A stretch of DNA of 64,000 bases, from NCBI GenBank assembly GCA_963422375.2, contig CAXXKD010000001.1, forward strand, positions 352,001 to 416,000. The letters run 5' to 3'. The notes under the pieces were generated by a model. The model was given only the letters and a program-made list of their open reading frames with translations. It made no database searches and had not been told where the DNA came from. A program made the position numbers and the translations under genes. This DNA is from Bryobacterales bacterium (GTDB lineage: Bacteria; Acidobacteriota; Terriglobia; Bryobacterales; UBA6623). The stretch's first letter is position 1, and every line of letters starts with the position of its first letter. Shown here in pieces: positions 11,577-24,276 of the stretch.

Positions 11577-12009
11577 GCTTGCCGGACGGACGGGAGCCTG
11601 GAATCCGGATCGTTGGCGTGAGTCGATCGCGCGGCGGGCCCGCGGAGGCGATCAGCGAGGCGCGCCCGATCCCCGTGCGGTAAGGCATCATGGCGGCCTT
11701 CCCTTACTCGAGCCTCACCTTGCATTTCCAATGCGTCGCGGATCCCGCCAGTAGGCGCTTGCAGGGGACGCCGGGGGGCTGAGCGCGGAGCTCGCCTTTT
11801 CGCAACCGCGGCACTTCGTCCACAGCGGGCTGGCCGAGTCAAGGAACGATTCGACGGAGGGACACATAATGGGCCACGAATGCATCCCGGCGACGCCGGG
11901 CGCCGAGCTCCGACCGGCATCCACCGCGAGCACCTGTCGCGGGGCGCCGGGGCGGTCGCGCAGACGTCACCTCCTTGCGACGCTCCGACGGCTCGTCCAG
12001 CTGCTTCCC

Positions 12010-12245
12010 ACTGCTCTATTGTGATCCGCCGAAAGTTCCGGTTGAGGCGGTCGATGTCGATGACGTCGGTCAGCTTGGGCAGGTCGGACTCGCCGGAGGC
12101 GGATTCCATCGCGCTCAAGTGGCGCCGCTCCGCACGGGTCTCCCTGCAACGGCAAGACCGAGGTTGGATGAGTCCTTCGTAGTCCACGAAGCGCGGCTCT
12201 CGCAGACCCATTCCCTCACGCCCGGCCGGAAATGGGTTTGCAATG
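12010..12245 (-). pseudogene. Possible Fic-family remnant
   Basis: ANPFPAGREGMG...HLSAMESAS...LTDVID loosely resembles the Fic HPFxxGNGR motif and the YLSAME tail; lies next to the hsdM relic. Confidence 0.25.
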
Positions 12246-12659
12246 CGTCCCTGACGATGCGAGAGTGTTTGTCGCGAGTCCTAACCGGCCGCATCGAGAG
12301 ATTCGACTCTGGCGCCAAGTTGCTTCAGTCGGAATTAGGCCTCCGGGAGGAATTCGGGCACACTCGCGAAGACCGTCTGCGTCTTGTCTCCATCATATAT
12401 CTTGCCAGTCAACACACGAAGTTTCCTATATTGAATCCAGACTGAGAGATCGGGAAGTACGAGTCTATGCTGAACGACTTTCCGGATCAGACCATTGAAA
12501 AATGCAATGAGTTTGGGGCGGATTTGCGGCATCTTCTCTCAGATGAATGTGCAGATCATGATTCTGCGTCGCGAGAACGGAACGGTAGTAATTCAGCGCC
12601 TATTCCAGTTGATAAATCGCCCTCTCAAGCGGTGTTATGTCAAGGATGTTGCTCTGTTC

Positions 12660-13400
12660 TCCTTAGGAAGAAGCTTCTTGTAAGTGTCGCTTTCGCCTAC
12701 TCCACGCGATGATGCCGATCCGTTCGCTAGGACAGAATCGACTACGGAGCTAGGTTTCAAGGGGTGAATGATACGCTGGACCTAGGCGGAATTGGTGTTC
12801 CGCTTGGGTGGGGTGTTGTATTTCCAGAACTTGTCGTCAACGAGCCGCTTCCCGCCTCAATCCCACAAGCTAAATCGCGGATTAGCTAGGATGTAGTGGG
12901 CCTTTAGGCCGAGGTAACGGTCGTAGAGGATTCTGTCGACATAGGATATCTTCCTCTCGATTCCACGAATGGAAAGAATCATCTTTGCAAACCGGAAAGT
13001 CGCGTGGCTGCGTTATCGATCCTATGTGGAAAAATCGACTCTAGCCCACACGGGCGACCTGCCGTTCTTGCAGTGGCCGGTGGCATACGCGTTGATGAAC
13101 TTCAGTGATCGCACGAACATACTGGATGTACCACGGCAGGGACGACATCAACGGCCTCGGTAGTGGTTCGGCGCTTCAACCAGGAGCATCACTAGGCAGC
13201 GCGACGTGTACAAGTTGCCGCCTCTCTTGCCCTCGGCGCTGGCGACCTGTGAATCAAAGTAGTTGTAGCCCCGTCCCAGCACGTCCCTCGGGTGCGCATC
13301 CGCATCCCCCACGTCGATGTCGCTGGCTTCGTACCGGTCTAGGTCATGGGCTCCTACCTCCGGGGTCAAGGTGCTCCCTAGTCGTACTAGCGGACACCAG
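12660..13400 (-). pseudogene. hsdM: Heavily decayed type I restriction-modification methyltransferase
   Basis: [68 protein letters not shown] and VLANGSASS match HsdM motifs (AEGKKGGEFYTP, LAKMNLAIRGI, NPPF, VLANGSMSS); several stops. Confidence 0.85.
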
Positions 13401-13593
13401 CCAGACCGCGATCGACATCGTCGTGATGCTGGGCGACGCATGGCGAGTCGACGGCCGCGGACATTGATTCCATTCTCCTCGGCGTTGCCGATGCTTCGAC
13501 CTCCGTTGTCGCGCAGAGGTAGTTGACGTCTCGACCGAGCGTCGGTGCATCGGTGCTCGACAACGGGCTTGCACGCGGTGGACCTGCGTTGGA

Positions 13594-16155
13594 TCACTCG
13601 TCCCGCAGGATTTCCAGCGGCTTGCTTCCGAGAATCCGGAGGCTTGCCCCCCAGCCCGCGCCCGTGGCCAGCACTGCGGTGGCCGCCACCGTCAGCGCGA
13701 TCGCCGGCCATTCGACGACGACGTCCAAGTCCAGGATGTCCCAGGTGAGCAAGGCCGAGTACGAAACGGCCAGCAGGCTACCCGCCGCGCCCGCCACGCT
13801 GCCTAGAATCAGGAACTCGATCGAGAAGATTTCGGCCAGCCGACCCTTGGTGGCGCCGAGCGTCTTCAGGACGGCGACCTCCCGCAAGCGCCGGAATCGC
13901 GTGGCCGCGACGCTCGAGACGAGGATGATCACGCCGGCCGCGATGGCGAACGCCGAAACGAAGCGGACGACGAACGCGATCTGGTCGATGACTTCCTGCA
14001 CCGTCTCGAAGAAGTCGACCGCGCTGATGTACAGCACGGAAGGGAACGCGTCGAACGCCTTCCGGGACAGTTCGAGGTTGTGCTCCGGGAGCGCGCGGAA
14101 CCCGCCGATATAGGTTGCCGGAGACCCCCTCAGGGCACTCTCGTTCAGGACGAAGTCGTAGATCCAGTCGGGCATGCCCTCGAAGGAGTGGAGCGCCGCG
14201 ACCCGTGCGGTCACCTCCTTGCCGGCGACCCGCCAGGTCACGAGCGATCCGAGCTCGAGATCCAGGTAATCGGCGAGGCGGTCCCTCACGGACACGACGG
14301 GCTCGGCTTGGGACGCCCCCCACCAGCGGCCTTCCAGCACGGTTAGTCCGGTCGGCGGAGTGTCGGACCACGTGATGTCCCTAGTGCGCCGAAGCCGCCG
14401 TTCCCGTCGCTCGCCGCGCCCGCCCGTTCGTCCGGGGGTCCCCTCGCCGAACGATTCGAGACGGGCCGAGACTACAGGCAGGAGCATCACTTCGCCGTCG
14501 ACTCCGGGCTCCGCCCGCAGGAAGGCCTCGAGTCCCTCGCGCTGGTCGGAGGTGACGTTGCTCAGGTACACGTTCGGCATGTCCGGAGGGGCGTTGCGGA
14601 CCAGCTGGGCCAGCACGGTGGTCTGCAGCAGGTAGACCGTGAGCGTGAATGTCACGCCGACGCCGAGCGCGATCAGGATCACTTCCGAATGCATCCCGGG
14701 TCGGTGCAGGTTGGCGATGCCGTGCCGCAGCCCCACGGGCAGCCGCACTGGTAGGCGTTTCGGGGCAGCTTGGAGCAGTCGCAGCAGGCCGCCGGCCGTC
14801 GCGGCGAGCGCGGCCAAGCTGACGGACAGGCCGCCGACGAACCACGCACCGAGCTCGGCGGAGTCGCCGAGCCATGCGGCGACGAGCCCGACCCCTCCAA
14901 GAATGATTCCGGCTTGCACCGCCTGTCGGAGCCGCTCGTCGCGACGCTCCTTGGCCGTTCGTTCGAACCGGGAGGCCATCTCCCGCCGGAAGATCAGCGC
15001 CGGTGCGATCCTGCGGATTCCCAGCAGGGTCGGCAGCGAGAAGACCAGCACCGTCAGGACTCCCACCCCGGTGGACTGCAGCGCGGGCCACCACTGGAAG
15101 TCGAACGCGGGCGCCTGCGGGAAGTAGTCGGCGACGAAGGTCGGCGCCACGCCCTGCAGCAGGAATCCGATCCCGACCCCGATCGCGCTTCCCGCGATGC
15201 CCAGCGCGAGCGTCTGCAGCAGGAACACTCGGATGACCAGTCCCGAAGTCGCTCCGCAGCACTTCATGATGGCGATCGTGTCGAGTCGCTGCTGCAGGTG
15301 GGAGTACACCACCATCGCCACGCCCAGCCCGCCGATCGCCATCGCCAGCAGGCTCACGAGGCTCAGGAAGCTGGTCGTGCGGTCCAATCCCCTCCGGATG
15401 CGCGGGCTGGTCTCCCGGTAGTCGGTGATCCGGCTGCCGCCGATGCCCTCCTCGATGACGCCCCTGGCGTCGTCCACGCTCATGTCCCGTTCGGGCAGCT
15501 TCAGGAGGAACCGTCGCGACACCCGGCTTCCGAACTGCACGAGATCGGTTCGAGCCAGGCCCTCGTGCGAAACCATCGCGCGCGGCCCGAAATTGATCGC
15601 CCCGGTCATGCGGTCCGGCTCGATCTCGAGAATCGCGCCGATGCGGAAGTCCGCCTCGCCGAGCGTGACCCGCTCCCCGACTTGGGCTCCGAGCCGGACG
15701 AGGAGGTCCTGGGACGCCAGCACCGTGCCCTCGTCGAGCGCTTCTCGCAGCGATTCGCCGGTGGAGAGTACGGCGTCGCCGTAGTACGGGTAGCGCGCGG
15801 GATCCACGGCCTTGAGGTTGACCGCGAGAGGGCGGGCTAGGGAGCGCCCGCCCATCATGGTCATCATCTCGGTGACTTGAGTGACGGCCGCGCCGCGCTC
15901 GACTAGGCCGTCGAAAACGGCGCGCTCGGCTTCGTCGGGTTCGTGGCTGACCGACGCGCTGATGTCCGCCGCGAGAAGCATCCGGGCGTCCCGCAAGAGC
16001 ATTTCCTGGAATGCGGCGCAATAGCCGCGTACGCCGCTGAGCGCCGCGACGCCCGCGGCCACGGCCAGCACGGCAAAGAGAAACTTGATCCGGGCCGCGC
16101 CGAGATCGCGCCAGGCCATCGTGGCGCAGAGCCGCCATTCGCTTCGGTTGCGCAA
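13594..16155 (-). CDS. ABC transporter permease, FtsX/MacB superfamily (YbbP-like)
   Basis: AWRDL...[20 protein letters not shown], two FtsX-like membrane blocks ([21 protein letters not shown]) and terminal PLEILRDE. Confidence 0.9.
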   Translation of the reverse strand: MRNRSEWRLCATMAWRDLGAARIKFLFAVLAVAAGVAALSGVRGYCAAFQEMLLRDARMLLAADISASVSHEPDEAERAVFDGLVERGAAVTQVTEMMTMMGGRSLARPLAVNLKAVDPARYPYYGDAVLSTGESLREALDEGTVLASQDLLVRLGAQVGERVTLGEADFRIGAILEIEPDRMTGAINFGPRAMVSHEGLARTDLVQFGSRVSRRFLLKLPERDMSVDDARGVIEEGIGGSRITDYRETSPRIRRGLDRTTSFLSLVSLLAMAIGGLGVAMVVYSHLQQRLDTIAIMKCCGATSGLVIRVFLLQTLALGIAGSAIGVGIGFLLQGVAPTFVADYFPQAPAFDFQWWPALQSTGVGVLTVLVFSLPTLLGIRRIAPALIFRREMASRFERTAKERRDERLRQAVQAGIILGGVGLVAAWLGDSAELGAWFVGGLSVSLAALAATAGGLLRLLQAAPKRLPVRLPVGLRHGIANLHRPGMHSEVILIALGVGVTFTLTVYLLQTTVLAQLVRNAPPDMPNVYLSNVTSDQREGLEAFLRAEPGVDGEVMLLPVVSARLESFGEGTPGRTGGRGERRERRLRRTRDITWSDTPPTGLTVLEGRWWGASQAEPVVSVRDRLADYLDLELGSLVTWRVAGKEVTARVAALHSFEGMPDWIYDFVLNESALRGSPATYIGGFRALPEHNLELSRKAFDAFPSVLYISAVDFFETVQEVIDQIAFVVRFVSAFAIAAGVIILVSSVAATRFRRLREVAVLKTLGATKGRLAEIFSIEFLILGSVAGAAGSLLAVSYSALLTWDILDLDVVVEWPAIALTVAATAVLATGAGWGASLRILGSKPLEILRDE

Positions 16156-16202
16156 GATCTAAGGGTAAGGGACGCCCGGCACGGTCGCCCGCCGTAGACG
16201 CG

Positions 16203-16233
16203 AAAGCCCCGCCCGCGGGATGCGGGCGGGGCT
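16203..16233 (-). terminator. Rho-independent terminator of groESL
   Basis: AGCCCCGCCCGC-5nt-GCGGGCGGGGCT followed by a short T run, 30 bp after the groEL stop. Confidence 0.8.
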
Positions 16234-16263
16234 GGACGGTGCGCGGGCCGGGGCCCGCCGCGG

Positions 16264-17919
<1,656 letters not shown>

Positions 17920-18210
17920 TCAGCTGATTATCGCGAGGGCCTCGTCCTCGCGCATGATCAGAAACTCGCTGTCGTCGACGGTGACCTCGTTGCCGGAGTA
18001 CTTGCCGAAGAGGATCTTGTCGCCGACTTTGACGTCGAGCGCCACGACGGTGCCGTCCTCCTTCTTCTTGCCGTTGCCGACGGCGACGACCTTGCCCTGC
18101 TGCGGCTTCTCCTTCGCCGAGTCGGGGATGATGATCCCGCCGCTCGACTGCTGCTCCGCCTCGTCGAGCCGCTCGACGAGGATGCGGTCGTGCAATGGTC
18201 GCAGACTCAT
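17920..18210 (-). CDS. groES: Co-chaperonin GroES
   Basis: [32 protein letters not shown]. Confidence 0.99.
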   Translation of the reverse strand: MSLRPLHDRILVERLDEAEQQSSGGIIIPDSAKEKPQQGKVVAVGNGKKKEDGTVVALDVKVGDKILFGKYSGNEVTVDDSEFLIMREDEALAIIS

Positions 18211-18277
18211 GTTAATGGGGTCCTCCTAGGTGTCGGAATGGTGCGAGCGCCTAAGTTGGCAGTCTCGCTGCTCATGA

Positions 18278-18302
18278 AACTTGATGCCGTTGCTATCAAG
18301 TT
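18278..18302. promoter_or_regulatory. Inverted-repeat operator in the groESL leader (HAIR-like)
   Basis: AACTTGAT-N9-ATCAAGTT between the promoter and groES. Confidence 0.65.
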
Positions 18303-18314
18303 CCGGTCTCTTCC

Positions 18315-18344
18315 AGTGTACAGGCGCTGTCAAGTCCGTGTCAA
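18315..18344 (-). promoter_or_regulatory. Sigma70-like groESL promoter
   Basis: TTGACA-N18-TACACT on the minus strand. Confidence 0.7.
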
Positions 18345-19183
18345 GCGGTTTCCGCGAGAGATTGCGAGCGGCTCGCGAGATTCCCTTGCGACAGCGGGAC
18401 ATGGGAAGTCGACGCGGCCGAGCAAGGCCGGGCGGGCCTCGAAGGAATGCTGGGGCAGGCCGCAGACGGCCCCTTCGCGCCGACCGTGACGCGCCGCCCG
18501 GCGCTCGCGGGCTCCCCTCCGCCCGCGGTTCCGGTGCCGAGCCGTCGCGCGGACCGGTATCGGGGAGAAGGGGGCCTCTGGATTCGACGGGGCACCCGGA
18601 CCGTGGTGATCGACGTGCCCGCGATCGAGACCGACCGGTGCGTGCCCAGGCTAGGCGGCAATGTCGAGGGATTGGTCCGAGCCGACTCACCGAAGCGGTC
18701 GAGGCGGGCGGCCGGGCGGGGAAAACCCGTTGTCGCGGTCTTAGGAGTCCGGACCTCAGCACCCGCCCGCGCGGGGCTGCTCCCTCATGCTCCCCGATTG
18801 ACCGGCGATCGAAGTTCCAGCGGGGGCCAAGGTCGCAAGCCGAGCGCCAAGAGGGGCCGTTGGCGGCTGGCGCTTCGCGGTCGGCACGCCGCGGACGTCG
18901 CCTTGACCGCCGGTTCCGAGGAAGTGCGCCGGACCCGCCGAGGAACCGGCGCGACCCGCTGTCTGCGCCTCGGGACCGGCGCGGGCGTCGCCTGCCGCCT
19001 GGCGTTGCGTCGTCTCTCCCGAGCACGCTCGTTCGCTGTCGGGGCGATGCCCGGCCAAGCCTCGGACCGAGACGCCCCGGTCCGGCCGCCTCCGCACCGC
19101 GGGATGTCCCATGCTGAGGCCAAGCGCTCGAGTCGCGGGCCGACGGCCCTCCGCAATGAGAGAATGGATCGAGCCGCCGAGCC

Positions 19184-20212
19184 ATGTTCCGGTTCGAGTC
19201 GCCTTGGATGTTCCTCCTGCTGGTGCCCTTGGCGGCATTGGTAGTTTGGCGGCGCAGCGACCGCGTGCGGTTGCGGTTTTCCTCGACAGCTGCCGCGAGC
19301 AGGCTGTCGGGATCTTGGCGATCCAAGCTGGCATGGGTGCCGCTTGCCCTGAGGGCGCTCGTTGTCGTCGCCGTGGTAGTCGCGCTGGCCAGGCCCCAGC
19401 ACGGCACCGAGCGGGTGCGCGACATCTCCCGGGGTGTCGCGATCGGGATGGTCGTCGACCGCTCGTCCAGCATGGGAGAGCTGATCCGCTTCGGCGGGCG
19501 CGAGGTGACCCGCCTCGACGCGGTCAAGCAGGTCTTCCGCGAGTTCGTCGATCCCACGGAGGGGGACATGAGCGGCCGCCCGAACGACCTGCTGAGCCTG
19601 ACCGCATTCGCCCAGTACGCGGACTCGGTCTGCCCGCTAACGCTCTCGCACCGCACGCTGATCCAGCTGCTCGATTCGGTGCGGCTCGTCGATGATCGCC
19701 GCGAGGACGGCACCGCGATCGGGGACGCCGTCGCCTTGGCGGCCGCGAGGCTCGGCAAGGCCGAGGAATCGCTCGGGCAGCGCGACTACGAGATCAAGAG
19801 CAAGATCCTCGTGTTGCTCACGGACGGCGAGAACAACGCCGGCGACCGCAGCGTGCGGGATGCGGCCGACCTGTGCGAGCAGTGGGGCATCCGGGTCTAC
19901 GCAATTGGCGTCGGGGGCGAGCGCGGAATCCGCACGCCGTTCGGGCGTCTCAGCGCGCCGATGCGCCAGGGATTCGACGACCGCGACCTGCGCGACATTG
20001 CCGAACGGACCGGCGGCCAGTACTGGCTGGCCGAGGATGCCGACACGCTGCGGTCGGTCCACGCGGAGATCGACCGGCTGGAAAAGAGCGAGTTCGAGGT
20101 CGTCCGCTACCTGGATTACCGCGAGGCGTTCGCTCCTTGGGCGCTCGCTGCGCTCGCTTTGCTATCGCTTGAGCTGCTGCTGCGTCAAACCCTGTTGAGG
20201 ACAGTGCCGTGA
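19184..20212 (+). CDS. batA: BatA-like VWA domain protein
   Basis: FRFESPW N-terminus, ALARPQ, MIDAS DRSSSM, GTAIGDAV and LLTDGENNAG. Confidence 0.88.
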   Translation: MFRFESPWMFLLLVPLAALVVWRRSDRVRLRFSSTAAASRLSGSWRSKLAWVPLALRALVVVAVVVALARPQHGTERVRDISRGVAIGMVVDRSSSMGELIRFGGREVTRLDAVKQVFREFVDPTEGDMSGRPNDLLSLTAFAQYADSVCPLTLSHRTLIQLLDSVRLVDDRREDGTAIGDAVALAAARLGKAEESLGQRDYEIKSKILVLLTDGENNAGDRSVRDAADLCEQWGIRVYAIGVGGERGIRTPFGRLSAPMRQGFDDRDLRDIAERTGGQYWLAEDADTLRSVHAEIDRLEKSEFEVVRYLDYREAFAPWALAALALLSLELLLRQTLLRTVP

Positions 20213-22350
20213 GCGACTTCCGATTCGTGGACGTGGCGATGCTGAACGCACTCTGGCTGCTGGCCGCGCTGGCCGCGCTCATGCTCTACGCTTCGCGCCG
20301 CCGCCGCCGGGACCTCCGGCGCTTCGTGGAGGCCGGCCTGCTCGAGAGGCTCGGTCCGTCGTCGTCCCCCGACCCGGCCCGCCGGGTGCTCAAGGCCGCG
20401 CTCGCGCTGGCTGCGGCCGGGGCACTGGTCGTCGCCCTGGCCCGTCCCGCTTGGGACGAGCAGCAGGACGAAGTGACGCAGAGGGGGCGCGACGTGGTGT
20501 TCCTGCTGGACGTCTCCCGCAGCATGCTGGCCGAGGATCTTCCGCCCAATCGCCTCCAGCGGGCGAAGCTGGCCATTCTCGACGCCGTGGACCGGCTGGA
20601 CGGCGACCGTGTGGCATTGGCCGTGTTCGCGGGCTCGGCGGTCGTCAAGTGCCCGCTGACGCTTGACTACGGCTTCTTCCGCATGGCTCTCGACGACGTC
20701 ACGACCTACAGCGTCGAGCGCGGCGGCACGCTGATCGGCGACGCCCTGCGAACCGTGATGCGGGACGTGTTCGACGGCAAGAGCAGCAACTACCGGGACA
20801 TCGTGCTGATCACCGACGGGGAGGACCACGAGAGCTTCCCCGAGGAGGCCGCGGCCGAAGCGGGGGCCCTAGGGGCGCGCCTGATCGCGATCGGCTTGGG
20901 TGACGAGCGCGTCGGCAGGCGCATCCCGGTGGTCGCCGAGGGCTCCGGCGGGCAGTCGGCCGGGGACAGTCGGCGGTTTCTTCAGCACGAGGGCAGGGAA
21001 GTCTGGTCCCGATTGGACGCGGCGACTCTGCGGCGGATGGCTGACGCCACGCCGGGCGGCATCTACCTGAACGTCGCGACCGGCGCGATCGACCTCGGCG
21101 ACGTGTACCGGCGACTGATCGCCTCGGCCGAGAGCGGCGAGGTGGGCTCCGTCCAGGTGGAACGGCTCGAGGAGAGGTTCCAGCTGTTCCTGGCGATCTG
21201 CGTCCTCCTGCTGGCGCTCGAGATCGGGTTGCGCGAGCGACGGGGCCTCGCCCGGACCGCCGCCTCGGTCTTGGCCCTCGCGGCTCTGGCGCCGTCCGGC
21301 GCGCAAGCCGCGACCGTGCGCGGGCTGGTGAACGAAGGCAACGACGCCGTGCGGGCCGAGGCCTATGACGAGGCGCTGCTCGCGTACGACCAAGCTCTGG
21401 CTAAGGAGCCCGAGTCCCCGTATGCCGTGCTGAACCGGGCGAACGCGCTCTACCGCAGCGGCAAGTACGCGGAGGCAGTCGAGGGGTTTTCCGAGGCCGT
21501 GCGCAGGAGCCTCGACCGGGATCTCCCCTTCTTGGAGGCCGTCGGCCTCCACAATCTCGGGAACGCCCTCTTTCGCCAAGCCGAGGAAGCCGCACCGAAT
21601 GATCCGAGGCAAGCGATCGAGCTCCTAGCGCCCGCTGCCCGCTCCTTTCTCGACGCGCTCCGAGCCGACTCCCGACGGACGGACTCGGCCCGCAACCTCG
21701 AGCTGGCCCGACGCTTGAGTGCGCAGCTGCGAGAGGATCTGCGCGAGCAAGCGGGCGGCCAGGACGGCAGCGATGGCGATCAGGACGCCGACCGCCCGGA
21801 GGACGGGGAGGAAAACCGGGGCGAGTCGTTGCAGCAGGCAGCCCGCGAGCAGCGCCAGCTCGCGGACGAGAGCGAGCAACTCGCCAAGGACCGCCAGCAG
21901 CAGCGCGGCTCCGATGCGAGGGAGGAGCAGCGCCAGCGTGCGCAGGACTTGGCGGACCGCCAGGAGGATCTCCGCGAGCGTACCCGCGAACTCGGCAAGG
22001 ACGCGGACCCGCAGGCCAGGCAGAGCGTCGAGCAGGCCGGCGGCGACCAAGACCGTGCGAGGGAAGACTTGGAGCGCAACCGTCCCGAGGATGCCTCCGA
22101 AGCGCAGCACCGGGCCGCGGAGGCCTTGGAAGAGGCGGCTCGTGCCCAGGGCGGCGGAGATGGGGAGCGGCAGGAGCAGGCGGCACGACCGGACCAGCTG
22201 CAAGGCGACGGGGACAGGCCGGGCGAGGATGCCCAGCAGCAGGACCGGGACATGGCGATGGACCAAATCCTGTCGAAGGAGAAGCAGGACCGCCGCCGGC
22301 GCCAACTGATGCAGCGCGTCGGGGCCGTCGCAGTGGACAGGGACTGGTAG
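20209..22350 (+). CDS. BatB/BatC-like fusion: VWA + TPR + Q/E-rich tail
   Basis: LDVSRSMLAEDLPPNRL, ITDGEDHE, TPRs (HNLGNALF, ARNLELA) and terminal VDRDW. Confidence 0.85.
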   Translation: MSDFRFVDVAMLNALWLLAALAALMLYASRRRRRDLRRFVEAGLLERLGPSSSPDPARRVLKAALALAAAGALVVALARPAWDEQQDEVTQRGRDVVFLLDVSRSMLAEDLPPNRLQRAKLAILDAVDRLDGDRVALAVFAGSAVVKCPLTLDYGFFRMALDDVTTYSVERGGTLIGDALRTVMRDVFDGKSSNYRDIVLITDGEDHESFPEEAAAEAGALGARLIAIGLGDERVGRRIPVVAEGSGGQSAGDSRRFLQHEGREVWSRLDAATLRRMADATPGGIYLNVATGAIDLGDVYRRLIASAESGEVGSVQVERLEERFQLFLAICVLLLALEIGLRERRGLARTAASVLALAALAPSGAQAATVRGLVNEGNDAVRAEAYDEALLAYDQALAKEPESPYAVLNRANALYRSGKYAEAVEGFSEAVRRSLDRDLPFLEAVGLHNLGNALFRQAEEAAPNDPRQAIELLAPAARSFLDALRADSRRTDSARNLELARRLSAQLREDLREQAGGQDGSDGDQDADRPEDGEENRGESLQQAAREQRQLADESEQLAKDRQQQRGSDAREEQRQRAQDLADRQEDLRERTRELGKDADPQARQSVEQAGGDQDRAREDLERNRPEDASEAQHRAAEALEEAARAQGGGDGERQEQAARPDQLQGDGDRPGEDAQQQDRDMAMDQILSKEKQDRRRRQLMQRVGAVAVDRDW

Positions 22351-24276
22351 ATGCTGGCTCGAGTTCCGCTCTTCGTCTGGGCCGCTTGGCTGGCGGCGGC
22401 GGCGCCCTGCGCTCGCGCCCAGGACGGCCCGCTGAATGCCGGGGTCGCCGTGCAGAGCCGCCAGGTCTACGTGGGCCAGCAGTTCCTGCTGCAGATTCAG
22501 ATCGAGGGCACGGACCGGCCCGACCCGCTCGACGTCCGACCGCTCGAGCGCGATTTCGACGTGACCGAGGCCGGCGGCGGGGCCAGCAATAGCACGTCCG
22601 TGAGCATCGTCAACGGTCGCATGACCCGGCAGGTGCGGCGGGGATACAACCTGAACTACCGCTTGGCAGCGAAGGCGGAGGGCGAGGCCGTAGTCCCGTC
22701 GCTCACGATCACGGCCTCCGGGCGCAGCGCCCGGACCCAGCCCCTCCAGATGCAAGTACTGCCTCCGCAGGAGAACGACGACTTCAAGTTGCGCCTCTCG
22801 CTCTCCGACACGAGAGCCTACGTCGGCCAGCCCCTGACCCTGACCGCGACTTGGTACATTGGCCGCGAGGTGCAGGAGTTTTCCTTCACCATGCCCCTGC
22901 TCGATGACCGGAGGCTCGATGTTCTCGATCCGCCCGCGAGCGGCCAGGCGCAGGACGATCTGATCAAGATTCCGCTGGGGAACCGGCAGGCCGCGGCCCG
23001 CCAGGAGGTCGGCGAGCTCGGAGGGCGTCGGTACCCCGTGCTGCAGTTCGAGAAGGTGCTGGTCCCGCGGGTAGCGGGCAGCATCGATCTGTCTCCGTCG
23101 ACGGTGACGTTCGTGACACCGAAGCCGGGTCCCTCTCGGCGGCGCGACCCGTTCGACGATCTCTTCAGCGACAGCTTCTTCTCGGGGGTGTTCGGCTCGC
23201 GCCGGGAACTGGAAACGCTCGCCATTCCCTCGAACCGGGTCCGGCTCGAGGTTCTCGACTTGCCCGTCGAGGGGCGCCCGGTGGGCTTCAACGGCTGGAT
23301 CGGCCAGTTCCAGCTTGGTGCCGAGGCGAAGCCGACCGCCGTAGCGGTCGGCGAGCCGATCACCCTAGACCTGACCGTGCGCGGCGACGGGATCCTCGAG
23401 TCGGCTGCCTTTCCGGCCCTGAATCGGCAGCCCGCGCTCGCCCGGGATTTCAACGTCCCTCGGGAGATCGGCGCGGGCGAGGGGGGCAGGAGTGTTCGGT
23501 CCTTCACGCAGACACTGCGGGCAAAGCACGATGGCGTGACCCGCGTTCCGGCGATCGAGCTGCCCTATTTCGACCCGAAGGAAGGGGCCTATCGAATCGC
23601 TCGCAGCGAGCCGATACCGCTCGAGGTCGAGCCCTCCCGCATCGTGACCGTCGAAGACGCGGAGGGCCGCGGCGCGACTGGCCCCCGCCAGCTGGAGGTC
23701 GAGTCGAGCAGCGAGGGCCTAGCGCACAACTTCGTAGACTCTTCGGCCTTGGTCTCCATGCCCGGGGGCTGGGGCGCGTGGCTGCGACCCCTGGGACCAC
23801 TGCCATTCGCCATCGCGCTGCTCGCGCTGCCCCCGCTGGTGTTCCTCGGCGCAGTGGCGGTGCGCCTCGGCGGATCGCTCCGAGCCCTCGGGAGGCTCCG
23901 AGCGCGTTCTCCCGGCTCCCGATGGCGCAGTGCCGCCTCGGCGATCGATCCCCGTCGGGACGACGGGCGCCGCGTGGCCGAAGCCGTTCTGTCGGGCCTG
24001 CGGGAGTACCTAGGAGCCCGCTTCGGCGGAGCGCCCTCCGAGTCGGCCGCCTGGACGTTCGGGGACGTGAAGGAGCGCCTCGGCGGCTTGGCCTCCGGCA
24101 GCGACGGGAAGACCGGTCTCGCTGCGGAGGAACTTCTCGTGCTGCTTCGAGGCGTCTTTGAGCGCTGCGAGGCGGGGACCTACGCCGGGGTCCAGCCGAT
24201 GGACGAGTCCGCTCGCCGGCAGCTGGTGGCGGATGCCTCGCAGGCCGTCGAGCGCATCGAGGAGGCGCTGCGGTGA
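22351..24276 (+). CDS. batD: BatD family protein
   Basis: STSVSIVNG, AYVGQP, DPFDDLF, FNGWIGQF, VGEPITL and PYFDP; signal peptide. Confidence 0.85.
   Translation: MLARVPLFVWAAWLAAAAPCARAQDGPLNAGVAVQSRQVYVGQQFLLQIQIEGTDRPDPLDVRPLERDFDVTEAGGGASNSTSVSIVNGRMTRQVRRGYNLNYRLAAKAEGEAVVPSLTITASGRSARTQPLQMQVLPPQENDDFKLRLSLSDTRAYVGQPLTLTATWYIGREVQEFSFTMPLLDDRRLDVLDPPASGQAQDDLIKIPLGNRQAAARQEVGELGGRRYPVLQFEKVLVPRVAGSIDLSPSTVTFVTPKPGPSRRRDPFDDLFSDSFFSGVFGSRRELETLAIPSNRVRLEVLDLPVEGRPVGFNGWIGQFQLGAEAKPTAVAVGEPITLDLTVRGDGILESAAFPALNRQPALARDFNVPREIGAGEGGRSVRSFTQTLRAKHDGVTRVPAIELPYFDPKEGAYRIARSEPIPLEVEPSRIVTVEDAEGRGATGPRQLEVESSSEGLAHNFVDSSALVSMPGGWGAWLRPLGPLPFAIALLALPPLVFLGAVAVRLGGSLRALGRLRARSPGSRWRSAASAIDPRRDDGRRVAEAVLSGLREYLGARFGGAPSESAAWTFGDVKERLGGLASGSDGKTGLAAEELLVLLRGVFERCEAGTYAGVQPMDESARRQLVADASQAVERIEEALR

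Noticed and set aside
18256..18282. Full CIRCE element
   Set aside because: Only one half-site matches; the position 9 bp away does not.
18400..19180. Gene upstream of batA
   Set aside because: Several overlapping Arg/Pro/Gly-rich ORFs with no recognisable motif.
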